In this document: positions 37,234-46,983 of the stretch, piece after piece
Layout of the letters: every line of letters starts with the position of its first letter
How positions within the stretch are numbered: the stretch's first letter is position 1
Position numbers and translations under genes: made by a program
NCBI GenBank assembly: GCA_965226495.1
Contig: OZ245365.1
Span: 416,001-480,000, forward strand
DNA length: 64,000 bases
Direction of reading: 5' to 3'
Source: Candidatus Marinacidobacterales bacterium
GTDB taxonomy: Bacteria > Acidobacteriota > Vicinamibacteria > Marinacidobacterales > DATDRI01
Notes under the pieces: model-generated
The model's input: the letters and a program-made list of their open reading frames with translations, nothing else
The model's database searches: none
What the model was told of the DNA's origin: nothing

Positions 37234-38568
37234 TTACGCGTTGCCTTGTCCGGAGCTAGCCAGGCGGCGGTCGATAACGCGAACCGCCTTTCCTTGGCTT
37301 CTTGGGATTTGGCCAGGGCCTACGACTCGGAGTTTAACGCGGATACCCAGACTCTGTTGTAAGGCGTCGATCGCCTGCCCTTGGGTCTTCACAACCGCGG
37401 GCTCGCCGCCTCGGTGGACCTCCTCGGAACTCTCCACCCAAACTTCCAAGTCATCGAGCCGATCCGCAGTGCGGTCCACGATGATCTGATAATGAGGCGC
37501 GAGCCCGGCGACTTGGAGTAGCGCCTGTTCGACCTGCGACGGGAACACGTTGACCCCCCGGATGATGAGCATGTCGTCGGTCCGCCCGAGTAATTTGCTC
37601 ATCCGCGCGGTCGTCCGACCGCACGCACAGGGTTCCCGCGAGAGGCTTACCCGGTCGCGGGTCCGGTAGCGGAGGAGCGGAAGTGCTTCCTTAGTGAGGG
37701 TCGTGAAGACGAGCTCGCCCTCGGACCCATCGGGCAACCGCGCACCGCTTTCCGGATCGACGACTTCGGGGAGAAAGTGATCTTCGGCGATGTGAAGCCC
37801 GTCGTGCTCGCTGCACTCCACGGCGACGCCGGGGCCGATGATCTCAGAGAGCCCGTAGACATCAAAGGCCTCCAGTCCCAGGCGGCGCTCGATCTCCCCG
37901 CGAATCGATTCCGACCAAGGCTCGGCTCCGAAGAATCCGGCGCGAAGCTTCATGCTTCCCGGAAAGTCGATCCCTTCCTCTCGGGCCGTTTCCGCGAGTA
38001 CCAGGGCGTAGGAGGGAGTGCAACAAAGGATGGTTGCGCCGAAGTCCTTCATGAGCATGAGCTGTCGCTTGGTGAACCCGCCGGAGACAGGAACCGTGGC
38101 CGCACCGATGGTCTCGGCGCCGAGACCGAACCCCAAGCCTCCCGTAAAGAGCCCGTAACCGTAGGCGTTGTGGACCACGTCCGTCGCGGTTCCATCGGCC
38201 GCCTCCAAGGAGCGAACCATGACCTCCGACCAAACCTCCATGTCACGCTCGGTGTAACCAACGACGGTGGGTTTGCCGGTCGTTCCACTAGACGCGTGGA
38301 GGCGAATGACCCGCTCGAGGGGTACCGCGAACATCCCGAATGGGTATCCGTCGCGCAGGTCTCGCTTGGTCGTGAACGGCAGTTTCTCCAAATCGTCGAG
38401 GGAACGGATGCTGTCCGACTGGATGCCGCTCTTGTCGAAGAGCCGCCGATAATGCGGTACGGCTGCACCGAGCCTCGCGACGAGTTCCTGAAGTCGTCCG
38501 AGCTGCAAGGACTCCCGCTCCTGGCGGCCCATGTTTTCCATCGGTCTACTCCGGCTCGCCGAGTTCAT
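37234..38568 (-). CDS. paaK: Phenylacetate--CoA ligase family protein
   Basis: HASSGTTGKP, YGYGLFTGG, GAEPW, YGLSEIIGPG, GRTDDMLIIRGVNVFPSQ. Confidence 0.9.
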   Translation of the reverse strand: MNSASRSRPMENMGRQERESLQLGRLQELVARLGAAVPHYRRLFDKSGIQSDSIRSLDDLEKLPFTTKRDLRDGYPFGMFAVPLERVIRLHASSGTTGKPTVVGYTERDMEVWSEVMVRSLEAADGTATDVVHNAYGYGLFTGGLGFGLGAETIGAATVPVSGGFTKRQLMLMKDFGATILCCTPSYALVLAETAREEGIDFPGSMKLRAGFFGAEPWSESIRGEIERRLGLEAFDVYGLSEIIGPGVAVECSEHDGLHIAEDHFLPEVVDPESGARLPDGSEGELVFTTLTKEALPLLRYRTRDRVSLSREPCACGRTTARMSKLLGRTDDMLIIRGVNVFPSQVEQALLQVAGLAPHYQIIVDRTADRLDDLEVWVESSEEVHRGGEPAVVKTQGQAIDALQQSLGIRVKLRVVGPGQIPRSQGKAVRVIDRRLASSGQGNA

Positions 38569-38671
38569 CGATGTGGTGTTTAGTACAGCATCCTAGGCGC
38601 TAAGACAAGTTCCAGCTAGACTTTAGACGCTAAGGCGGTTTATTGTTATTCTGAGGGGGAGAGGGAAGTCA

Positions 38672-39115
38672 GTGGGCCAAGATCACATCATTCTCTACGA
38701 CGGCGTCTGCGGTCTGTGTAACCGCCTCAACCGGTTCGTGATCCGCCGCGATCGAAAGGGGAGTTTCCGCTTCGCATCGTTGCAGAGCCACTTCGCTGCC
38801 GAGGCGCTGGCCGCCTACGGGAAGGATCCACGAGACCTAGACACGCTCTATGTCATCGCTCGACCTGGCACGCCGTCCGAGAGTCTTCTCGTGAGATCCG
38901 AGGCGGTGTTCTTCATACTCAGAGAACTGGGCGGGCCCTGGCGCCTCGCCGGGGTTCTCGGGTATCTACCTAACGGCCTACTTAATTTTGGCTACAATCT
39001 CGTCGCCCGGAATCGCTATCGTGTTTTTGGGCGATACGATGCCTGCCAAATCCCCAACCCCGAAGATAGAGACAAGTTTATCGAAGTCGAGGACGTCTCG
39101 TCGCGCGCGTCATAA
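38672..39115 (+). CDS. DCC1/YuxK-like thiol-disulfide oxidoreductase
   Basis: YDGVCGLC, FASLQS, YNLVARNRYRVFG. Confidence 0.9.
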   Translation: MGQDHIILYDGVCGLCNRLNRFVIRRDRKGSFRFASLQSHFAAEALAAYGKDPRDLDTLYVIARPGTPSESLLVRSEAVFFILRELGGPWRLAGVLGYLPNGLLNFGYNLVARNRYRVFGRYDACQIPNPEDRDKFIEVEDVSSRAS

Positions 39116-39119
39116 TTGC

Positions 39120-39291
39120 CCCTCACCGGCCCCCTCCCTACCCTCACCCAGGCCCTTTCCCAAAGGGAGAGGGATTGACGGAAGAAGAGACCAACTCAGA
39201 GGGAGAGGGGTTGAAGGACGAAGAAACCATCTTACCCTCACCCCACCCTCTCCCAGAGGGAGAGGGGTTGAAGGACGAAGAAACCATCTTA
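39120..39291. repeat. Cluster of CCCTCTCCC/GGGAGAGGG palindromic repeats (BoxC/REP-like) with a 38-bp direct duplication
   Basis: CCCTCACCC..CCCTYTCCCARAGGGAGAGGG units; 39197-39234 identical to 39254-39291. Confidence 0.85.
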
Positions 39292-39311
39292 AGCCCTGGT
39301 TTGGCACTATG

Positions 39312-39340
39312 TTGACAGGGGTGGCCGGCAACGCTATAGT
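39312..39340 (+). promoter_or_regulatory. sigma70 promoter for the kinase gene
   Basis: TTGACA-N17-TATAGT. Confidence 0.75.
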
Positions 39341-39389
39341 CGTTTTCCTACGTTCCTCGAGGCACGCGAAGCTCTAAGATACCAGCCAA

Positions 39390-41609
39390 ATGTCAGTTCC
39401 TGAAAAAATCGGCAAATACAAGATCCTAGGCGAGCTAGGAAGAGGAGCGATGGGTACGGTTTACAAGGCCCAAGATCCGGACCTCGGCCGGGAGGTGGCG
39501 ATCAAGACGATGTCCGAGGAGCTTCTGGCGGAGAAGGACATGAAGGATCGTTTCCTCCGTGAGGCTCGGTCCGCCGCGGCGATTCAACATCCCAACATCG
39601 TGACCATCTTCGAGCTGGGCGTGCATGAGGATAAGCACTTCATCGCCATGGAGCTACTCGGTGGACTCGATCTCGCAGAGGTCGTCGACCATCAACAGAA
39701 GCTCACCCGGCTTGAGGACAAAATTAAGTTAGTAACCCAGGTGTGCCGCGGTCTCGACTTCGCTCACAAACGGGGGGTCATTCACCGAGATATCAAGCCC
39801 GGAAACATTCAGGTTCTTCCTGACGGAACCGCCAAGATCCTAGATTTCGGTATTGCGCGGCTCGTCGGTGCTACGGGAACAAAAACCAAGACCGGTTTGG
39901 TGATGGGGACACCCACCTATATGGCACCCGAACAAATCAAGGGCGAGCCAGTCGATCATCGATCCGACATGTGGGCGGTGGGGACGATCCTCTACGAGCT
40001 TCTGAGTGGGCACCGGCCCTTCGAGACAGATACCGTTCCCAGCCTGATCTATAAGATTGTCCATGCCTCACCACCGCCACTCGACGCCCGTGCAATGGGT
40101 CTTCCCGATGGCGTCGTGGAGGTCGTCAAACGCGCACTGACCAAGGATCCAGATGGTCGCTTTCGCGATCTCGCCGAGATGGCGGATGCTCTTCAACAGG
40201 CGATGGGTGCACCGGTCGCCGACGCAAGTTTGACCGATGAGGCGAGGGAGAGCACCTATTCGAGGAATCTCGGGCTTGCTCGCACGCTTCGCGACCAGGC
40301 GGAACCCGCGCGAGCACTGGAAGCGGCGCGGCGTGCGCAGGCACTCGAGCCATCCCGTCCCGAAGTGTCGGACCTGATCACATTGCTCGAGCGGGAGCTC
40401 AATGAGCAAGCCGACCAGCCCACGTTGGCGCAACCGTCGCCGGGGAATCGTCGGGTGCCGACCGACGCGAAGATCGATGCCGAAAAATGGATCGACGAGG
40501 CTCGTTTGGCGTTGACTGGTGGCAACCCCACCGAAGCGCTCCGCATCGTGGACGATGTTCTGGCGATCGATCCGAAATTCCCGCCGGCGGTCGAGCTGCG
40601 CGAGATCTTGGACAAACCTGCCGCACCGGGACGAGTGCGAACCGGACAACACCGAACGTTCACAGGCACCGAGGCAAGGCTCAGGGCGGGAGCTCAGTTT
40701 CACGAGGAAGTTACGTTCGGGGAGCCGGTCGGGATCCGCGCTGTCGCCATATCGCCGATGGAGAACTTGGTGGCAGTAGGGGGTCTCGATGGTGCGATTC
40801 GCCTGTGGGGCCTCGAGGTTCGCAACAAGTTGGCGACCCTGCGGAGCGACATGCACAAGCGGACTGGCCACGAGGGTTTGGTTACGACGTTGGTCATGTC
40901 TGCCGACGGAGCGTTGCTTGCGTCCGGTCACCTCGATGGCGCCATACACATTTGGAGCCTAGACACCGGCGAAGAAATGCAAGTGAAGTTGGGGCACGAT
41001 TCCGCGGTGGGCGCCATGTCCTTCTCGCCGGACGGGAAGACCTTGGCCTCCGGTGGACAAGATGCCGCTCTCAAACTTTGGGAGCTCGAAGCCTTGCGTT
41101 TCGGTGAAGCACGCCGTCGCATCTACCGGCAGCCGTCGGGTGTCAGCTCCTTAGTCTATGCACGCGACGGTGCGGTCATCGTTACCGGTCATACGAACCG
41201 GCTCATGCGTGTTCAGGACGCGGCAACCGGGAGACTTACTTCCACGCTTCGTGGTCACGAGGCTGGCGTTACCTGTCTGACCAACTCGCCGTACGGGCAC
41301 GTGATCGCCAGCGGAGGGCAGGATCGGACCATACGCCTTTTCGATCTCGAGCAGCGAGTCCAGGTGGCGGCACTCGAAGGGCACAAAAGAGCGATCTCCT
41401 CTATAGACTTCTTTCCCGACGGCGAGCATTTGGCTACCGTCGCGATGGACAACTCGCTCATCTTATGGGATCTGAAAAAGGGGACGCCCTCTGCAACGCT
41501 CTGGGGAACTCAGGAAGAAGCATTCGCCAGCGTGGCGGTCCTAGGTCAGGGGCGGCAGATCGCCTCCGCCATGTCGGACGGTCGCATTCGAATCTGGGCC
41601 GTTAGCTAG
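39390..41609 (+). CDS. Hanks-type Ser/Thr kinase with TPR-like and WD40 repeats
   Basis: LGRGAMGTVY, VAIK, HRDIKPGN, DFG, APE; C-terminal GH...WD/WE repeats. Confidence 0.93.
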   Translation: MSVPEKIGKYKILGELGRGAMGTVYKAQDPDLGREVAIKTMSEELLAEKDMKDRFLREARSAAAIQHPNIVTIFELGVHEDKHFIAMELLGGLDLAEVVDHQQKLTRLEDKIKLVTQVCRGLDFAHKRGVIHRDIKPGNIQVLPDGTAKILDFGIARLVGATGTKTKTGLVMGTPTYMAPEQIKGEPVDHRSDMWAVGTILYELLSGHRPFETDTVPSLIYKIVHASPPPLDARAMGLPDGVVEVVKRALTKDPDGRFRDLAEMADALQQAMGAPVADASLTDEARESTYSRNLGLARTLRDQAEPARALEAARRAQALEPSRPEVSDLITLLERELNEQADQPTLAQPSPGNRRVPTDAKIDAEKWIDEARLALTGGNPTEALRIVDDVLAIDPKFPPAVELREILDKPAAPGRVRTGQHRTFTGTEARLRAGAQFHEEVTFGEPVGIRAVAISPMENLVAVGGLDGAIRLWGLEVRNKLATLRSDMHKRTGHEGLVTTLVMSADGALLASGHLDGAIHIWSLDTGEEMQVKLGHDSAVGAMSFSPDGKTLASGGQDAALKLWELEALRFGEARRRIYRQPSGVSSLVYARDGAVIVTGHTNRLMRVQDAATGRLTSTLRGHEAGVTCLTNSPYGHVIASGGQDRTIRLFDLEQRVQVAALEGHKRAISSIDFFPDGEHLATVAMDNSLILWDLKKGTPSATLWGTQEEAFASVAVLGQGRQIASAMSDGRIRIWAVS

Positions 41610-41828
41610 TCCCCGGTATCAATAGTACGACGTCACATAATTCTCGGGCCCTTTTGCGCGCTGGCTTCGTTGCGACATCGGTGCAGTTCGGCCTTCGGCC
41701 TAGCCCTCCGCTCGGCCGGCTCGCTGCGGAAGGCGGTAGAAATATCCAGATATGACTTCGTCGGCCCGCCTCGCCGGCACACAAAATGGCCACGCCTTAT
41801 GCAACGAGGCACTGATACAGGGGACTAG
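41606..41828. mobile_element. MITE-like element with terminal inverted repeats bounded by CTAG
   Basis: Left CTAGTCCCCGGTATCAAT vs reverse complement of right end CTAGTCCCCTGTATCAGT; further imperfect inverted repeats inward; no transposase. Confidence 0.75.
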
Positions 41829-41838
41829 CCGATCCCCC

Positions 41839-42303
41839 TCAGGCTTCCGGCATGATGTCGGGAGGCAGTGCCCAGGTTAGGCTCCAAGTACCGCCCGCCG
41901 CCCGTTCCAACTTCACGAGGCCAGAGTGCCGAAAGCCCACTACCGGCATGCTTTCGTTTTGACAGAGGAGGGCAGCCGCCAACCGCGCGAGGAATGGCAG
42001 GTGGCCCACTATCAACAGATTCTCGGTGCGAGATTGGACCTCTCGCCGAAGCGGGCTCACGTCATCATCGGGATCGAGGCCCTCCACCTCGCGCCGTGGG
42101 GCGCCCAAAGCGCTCTCGAACTCTTCGGCGGTTTGGATGGCGCGCAGCTTCGTGGAGTGGCGAATCTCTGCGACCCGTACACTCAGGCGCGCCGCGTGGG
42201 CGGCCGCTCGCTTGGAGAGGGCTCGCCCCGTTTCGTTCAAAGGCCGATTCGGATCTTCCTCCTTTGTCGCCGCGGCGCCGTGTTGCACGAGATAGAGTTC
42301 CAT
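41839..42303 (-). CDS. sixA: Phosphohistidine phosphatase SixA
   Basis: LYLVQHG, HSTKLRAIQTA, IVGHLPFL. Confidence 0.88.
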   Translation of the reverse strand: MELYLVQHGAAATKEEDPNRPLNETGRALSKRAAAHAARLSVRVAEIRHSTKLRAIQTAEEFESALGAPRREVEGLDPDDDVSPLRREVQSRTENLLIVGHLPFLARLAAALLCQNESMPVVGFRHSGLVKLERAAGGTWSLTWALPPDIMPEA

Positions 42304-42549
42304 GTTGTCTCCCTTCCTTTTCATGATAACTCCAACTGCAGGATTAGACGAACCAACTTCCGGTTACCCATGAGCTCGCCGCTCTTACCAATTTCGTAAG
42401 TCGCTTACGCAACCGGTAAGCCTGTCGTTCGGCAAGTGTTTTCGATAGCTCTATTTCCAATCATCTGTATCGGTTACCTTCAAGCCGAGCGCACCGGTCG
42501 GGCACAAAGCTTGCACTCCGTAGTGGAATTCATCGAGGAGAAGGATTGG

Positions 42550-43476
42550 ATGCGGAAATCGACTCTTAGGACACGTTGGATCCTCTTTGCCACAAGCATT
42601 CTCTTGCTGATGCCGGTTGCCAATGCTCACGCTCAACCCGTAGTCGAGTTCGAAGAGAAACTGGATTTCTCACGCCCCGAGGCGTGGGCGATGAAGTACT
42701 TTGGTTCTATGAACCTGTTGACTGGATTCGGATCGCCGGGTCCCATTCGGGCAGGGACGATCGACGTGGGGCTCGAGATCGATTGGGTCCCGTCTCTCAG
42801 TGATGCGCAGCGGACGGTCGGATTCGAGGGGACCAAGCTAGAAGATTTGAACAAAACGTCGGTGTTTATCCGGCCGTGGTTCGCATTCGGCCTACCCAAC
42901 GATTTTTCACTGACCTTGACCTATGTTCCGCCGGTCAACGCGTTCGGTGTAAAGCCACATTTGTTTGGTGCTGCCATCGGACGACCCGTGTACCAAGGAG
43001 AGAGATGGCGGCTCGGCCTCCGGGGTTATGGGCAGCTCGGGACTATCGAAGGCGATTTCACCTGTGACGAGGAAACGGTTGCGGCAGGTTTGGATCCGGT
43101 CCGCAATCCGTTCGATTGCAGAGAAGTATCGGAAGACAAATACACGCTCGGCTCCTTTGGTGTCGAGGTGAGCTCGGCGTTTCGGGCGGACGCCGCCGGC
43201 AAGTTGGAGCCGTACGTAGGGGTTGCGTTCAACTACCTGGACGCAGACTTCCAAGTGAACGCTCGATATTCGGGGCTGATCGACCGGACGCTCCTGCTGG
43301 CCGACGGCTTCACGGTGTCTTTCACGGGCGGAGTGAGCTATGCCATCACCGAGCGATTAAGCATTAGCGGCGAAGTTTTCTATAGCCCCCTCGACGTCAT
43401 TCGGCCTCCTAGTACCGCGGGCCAAAATGACGGTCTGTTCAACATCCGCTCTTTGGTCACTTATCGTATCCGCTAA
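42550..43476 (+). CDS. Secreted protein, probable outer-membrane beta-barrel
   Basis: Signal peptide ending ANAHA; amphipathic beta strands; C-terminal VTYRIR. Confidence 0.7.
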   Translation: MRKSTLRTRWILFATSILLLMPVANAHAQPVVEFEEKLDFSRPEAWAMKYFGSMNLLTGFGSPGPIRAGTIDVGLEIDWVPSLSDAQRTVGFEGTKLEDLNKTSVFIRPWFAFGLPNDFSLTLTYVPPVNAFGVKPHLFGAAIGRPVYQGERWRLGLRGYGQLGTIEGDFTCDEETVAAGLDPVRNPFDCREVSEDKYTLGSFGVEVSSAFRADAAGKLEPYVGVAFNYLDADFQVNARYSGLIDRTLLLADGFTVSFTGGVSYAITERLSISGEVFYSPLDVIRPPSTAGQNDGLFNIRSLVTYRIR

Positions 43477-43486
43477 CCACTTTCGA

Positions 43487-43903
43487 TCAGGGGATGACGC
43501 GGTTTGAGGCCAGTCTTTCGATGTGGGAGTGGATCAAATACCACTGCCCTTTGCGAAGCTGCATAATGCTTGTGGACCGACCGTAGTCCCGATAGGACTC
43601 GTCCTTTATCTTATAGCGTGAAGTGAAACTCTCGACGACGATCGCGAGATCGCCAACTAACCTAACGTCCTCAGTTTCCGTCCGAACGTCAAGCACCAAT
43701 CCCTTTTGAGTGGAAAGGCGTAGGTACTCGAGGTAGCTTTCTTTGCCCTTAAGGACACCAGGATCGCCAATTCCGAGAGAGACGGCGTCTTCGGAAAGGT
43801 GTTCCTTGTAGAGCTTGAGGCTGCCGCGCATGTAGTCCTGACGCATGGCTTCCAGCAGCCGAATCACTTCCTGGCGGGATTTGTCGTCGGTGTCGGTGGG
43901 CAT
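43487..43903 (-). CDS. NTF2/SnoaL-like (DUF4440-type) protein
   Basis: Helix + DVRLVGDLAIV...GQWYLIHSH pattern. Confidence 0.8.
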   Translation of the reverse strand: MPTDTDDKSRQEVIRLLEAMRQDYMRGSLKLYKEHLSEDAVSLGIGDPGVLKGKESYLEYLRLSTQKGLVLDVRTETEDVRLVGDLAIVVESFTSRYKIKDESYRDYGRSTSIMQLRKGQWYLIHSHIERLASNRVIP

Positions 43904-43991
43904 CCTTGCCTTCCGCAAGTGATCGAGATGCTACGCCCCCGCCTTCCACAAATCAAGTGGTTGCTGGGTCAAGCAGTTGTCAGTGAAAGCA

Positions 43992-44022
43992 ACTGATTAC
44001 TGATGACTGTTTACTGATTACT
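43992..44022. repeat. Heptamer tandem repeat (ACTGATT-like x4)
   Basis: ACTGATT ACTGATG ACTGTTT ACTGATT; complementary CAGT units just upstream. Confidence 0.7.
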
Positions 44023-44189
44023 TCCGTCGTTTCCTGCGGATGGAATGGATGCGAAACCGATGAGATTGCCTCCCGTGAGCCAGAGCTCCTCTGCCCCGAA
44101 GCGGTTTTTCGGTAAGGGACGAGGACGTCGAATCCTTGGAGCTTTTCCCGGATCTCATCCAGGTTGGAGACCTCGAGTTAAACCGCCGT
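44011..44189 (-). pseudogene. Remnant of a VOC/glyoxalase family gene (C-terminal half)
   Basis: Manual translation TAV*LEVSNLDEIREKLQGFDVLVPYRKTA [frameshift] GAEELWLTGGNLIGFA. Confidence 0.6.
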
Positions 44190-44194
44190 TCGGC

Positions 44195-45163
44195 TCAGTG
44201 GCCGGCCCGATCGAGGTCGATCCGGCGCACTGCGTCACCCCATTCACGGGGTGCCTGGATAGAGAATGCCGTCTCCGGGATGTCCTGATTGAGGACTAGG
44301 GTTCCGGTCTTCACCGTAACGCGCAAAGCATATCGGTCGTTGGGCCGAACGATGTAAATCTCGCCGGGAAAGCTCAAGCCAGCGCTTGTTTGGGCCGGCT
44401 GATAGTTCGAGAAGGTCACGTCGCCCAACAACAGTCCTCGCCGACTGTAGCTCCTTTGTCCCACCAGCTCGAGTCCGCGGCTACGATCGAACCAATATCG
44501 ATAGCGAGGACTCGACTCGCCCCGGCGAACGACCGACAGGACATAGTAGCTGCGTATCACCAGTTGTCCCTTTTTTGCCCCGGGACTGTTGTCCTCTTCG
44601 AGGAGACGATCTTCTTCCACCACTGCAATCGTGTCCGAATCTTCTGTGTCAATAGGCTCGAAAAGGAAGGCAGACGTGAAATGCTGAGGGCGGATGTTGG
44701 CCAGAGGTCCCGCCTTCTTGAGCTCCGGATCGGATTCCATTTTCTCCGCCTGCTCCAAATATTCCCTGTCATTGCTGCCTTCGATAAGGACGCGGTAGTC
44801 TTCGGGGTAGATGAGAAGCTGAAATCGTTGGCCGTCCGAAGCCATCTCCGCGAGACTGACTCCCAGCATGGGAGCTTCGATCTGCAGCCTGATGTTCTCG
44901 GGCCGGGCTAGAATGATTCGACCCTGCGCGGTGCGGAAGCGCCGAAGGCGACCGGTCTCCGCGCCTTCGCTGGTCTCGAACTGGAGGTCTACCTTGGCGG
45001 TGAGCGTGGCGACCTCTCGCCGTTGATTCACGATCCTTATCAAGTCGTGGAGCGTCGCGTCGCTGGTGGGTGCGATGAATGGAGGCACGTTGACCCGGCG
45101 GGAAACGCAAGACGGCACGACCAGCAGCAAGCAGATAAGGAGGGAGAGCTTCGGCCGCAACAT
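44195..45163 (-). CDS. Lipoprotein, LolA/LolB-like fold (DUF4292-like)
   Basis: Lipobox-like LVVPSC; GRIILARPENIRL and LAEMASDG; beta-rich. Confidence 0.7.
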   Translation of the reverse strand: MLRPKLSLLICLLLVVPSCVSRRVNVPPFIAPTSDATLHDLIRIVNQRREVATLTAKVDLQFETSEGAETGRLRRFRTAQGRIILARPENIRLQIEAPMLGVSLAEMASDGQRFQLLIYPEDYRVLIEGSNDREYLEQAEKMESDPELKKAGPLANIRPQHFTSAFLFEPIDTEDSDTIAVVEEDRLLEEDNSPGAKKGQLVIRSYYVLSVVRRGESSPRYRYWFDRSRGLELVGQRSYSRRGLLLGDVTFSNYQPAQTSAGLSFPGEIYIVRPNDRYALRVTVKTGTLVLNQDIPETAFSIQAPREWGDAVRRIDLDRAGH

Positions 45164-45389
45164 GTTCAAACGGCAGTCATTCTATCACGCGCGTTACCGT
45201 CGATCACCGGAGCCTCTTCAATGGCGCGCGAAAGCCGCGCGAAGGTCGCAGGTTTCTTGCGCTCGTGCACTCGGGACGGCGAGGGAGCCGGCGAGCGCTA
45301 GCGGAAGGGATCGCCGGCAAGGCATCCCCTCAATCTACGCGGTAGAATAAGGCAGATCAACGCGGCGGATGCATTACCATCATGCGGCG

Positions 45390-46892
45390 TCAGCGGCGGA
45401 CGGATGCCGGCTCGGGCGCTTGGTTCCAGCGAGGCGCGGTGAGTCGGCGCTTGCCACTCGTGTCGAGCCTCAGGCTTGGCTCGTCGAGCTGTAGCCGGTC
45501 CCAGAGCTTGCAAGTGACTTGTTTGTGCTTCTGGTCCAGCGCTTCACAGTAGTTCGTGAACTCGCATCGGCGAACTTCTTCGCCGCGCCCAGCAAGAGCC
45601 TTTCGAAACCAGTCCGGATCGGCGAGCGTTTGGCGGGCTGCGGCCACGATATCCGCTTCGCCGCGTTCGAGAGCGGCCTCCGCCTGCTCGAAGCTACCGA
45701 TTCCCCCCGAGGTGACGATAGGGGTCTCCATGCCGGCTGCGTTGATGGCCTTTTTGATGGCAGCCGCGAGGGGGATGTTCCTGCCAAACGGTCCGCGCTT
45801 ATCAGAATAAACGGTGGGCATGCATTCGTAACCGCTTCGACCGGTGTAGGGGTATACCGCCCACCCTACGTCGGGGGGTTTGGCATCCTCGAACTTGCCC
45901 CCCTTCGAAATAGAGAGATAGTCCATACCGGCGCGAGCAAGCTCGACGGCGAAGTAGATGGCGTCCTCGATGTGGTTTCCGCCTTCGACCACATCGTCAC
46001 CGAGCATCCGGCAACCGACGAGGTAATCCTCTCCGACGCGGCCTCGAACCTCCCGGAACACCTCGAGGGGTAACCGCGCCCGGTGTGGTCGCGGACCACC
46101 ATAACCATCCTGCCGCGTGTTGAGCGCCGAGAGGAAGGACGCCATGGTGTAAGCGTGGGCGTAGTGAAGCTCCACGCCATCGAACCCGGCTTTTTGGGCC
46201 CTTGCCGCCGCGTCCGCAAAAAGACCGGGAAGGAACTTGGGCAAGTCGCGGATGTGCTCGAGATGCACGTCGGTGACACGTTCCCTCGCCCCGAATCGGA
46301 GGTCATCCAGTTCCCGCTCTTCTAAGACGAATTCATGTTCCTCGTCGTCGGCGTCCAGTAGTCTTTGACGGATGTCCGTTTCCAATGCTTCCTGCCATTT
46401 TTCGTCTCCCGTCAGCTGTGCCAATTTCTGTCGATGGCGGTCGGTGAGCTTGAAGAAACGGTGGAAGTACTTGTCTGCAGGAGGACGCCGCTTGATAGAG
46501 AGGAAGTCGATAGTCTGGATAAGCAGACGCGTATGGCCGTCACTGGCTCGGCGAACCGTTTCGACCAGCTCTCGCAGGCCTTCTACAAACCGATCGTGGC
46601 CGATACGTAGAAGCGGTCCGCTCGGCACCTCTCGAATACCGGTGGCCTCGACCACAATGACGCCGGGTCTGCCTTCGGCAAACCTCGCGTACCATTCGAT
46701 GATTTCCTCAGTGACGAAACCTTCCGCGGTGGCTCGCCAGGGCACCATGGCAGGAACCCACGTGCGCTGTTCGGCTAGCACCGTCTTGCCCAACCGGATG
46801 GGGCTGAACCACAAGGAAGAACGGGCTTTCTCCGCGGTCGGCCAGGAGACCTCGGGAAGCCGGTGACGGATGCGCTCTGGGGGGGTCCACAT
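45390..46892 (-). CDS. NADH:flavin oxidoreductase (Old Yellow Enzyme family)
   Basis: PAMVP, IVVEAT, AGFDGVELHYAHAY, ARQTLADPDW. Confidence 0.9.
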   Translation of the reverse strand: MWTPPERIRHRLPEVSWPTAEKARSSLWFSPIRLGKTVLAEQRTWVPAMVPWRATAEGFVTEEIIEWYARFAEGRPGVIVVEATGIREVPSGPLLRIGHDRFVEGLRELVETVRRASDGHTRLLIQTIDFLSIKRRPPADKYFHRFFKLTDRHRQKLAQLTGDEKWQEALETDIRQRLLDADDEEHEFVLEERELDDLRFGARERVTDVHLEHIRDLPKFLPGLFADAAARAQKAGFDGVELHYAHAYTMASFLSALNTRQDGYGGPRPHRARLPLEVFREVRGRVGEDYLVGCRMLGDDVVEGGNHIEDAIYFAVELARAGMDYLSISKGGKFEDAKPPDVGWAVYPYTGRSGYECMPTVYSDKRGPFGRNIPLAAAIKKAINAAGMETPIVTSGGIGSFEQAEAALERGEADIVAAARQTLADPDWFRKALAGRGEEVRRCEFTNYCEALDQKHKQVTCKLWDRLQLDEPSLRLDTSGKRRLTAPRWNQAPEPASVRR

Positions 46893-46983
46893 CTATTAAG
46901 GAGGTGCCTCTCTAGTACTCACGGTACACCAAAGCGGGGCGCCTGGCCACTTTGCTCGGCTTTCCCTTCCGTGGGCTTCTGCT

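Noticed and set aside
39197-39291. 38-bp direct repeats as a mini CRISPR array
   Set aside because: Only two copies, the 19-bp spacer is part of the palindrome unit, and no cas genes are present.
44045-44299. 84-aa plus-strand ORF or ncRNA in this gap
   Set aside because: The minus strand shows a recognisable decayed VOC gene, which explains the region better.
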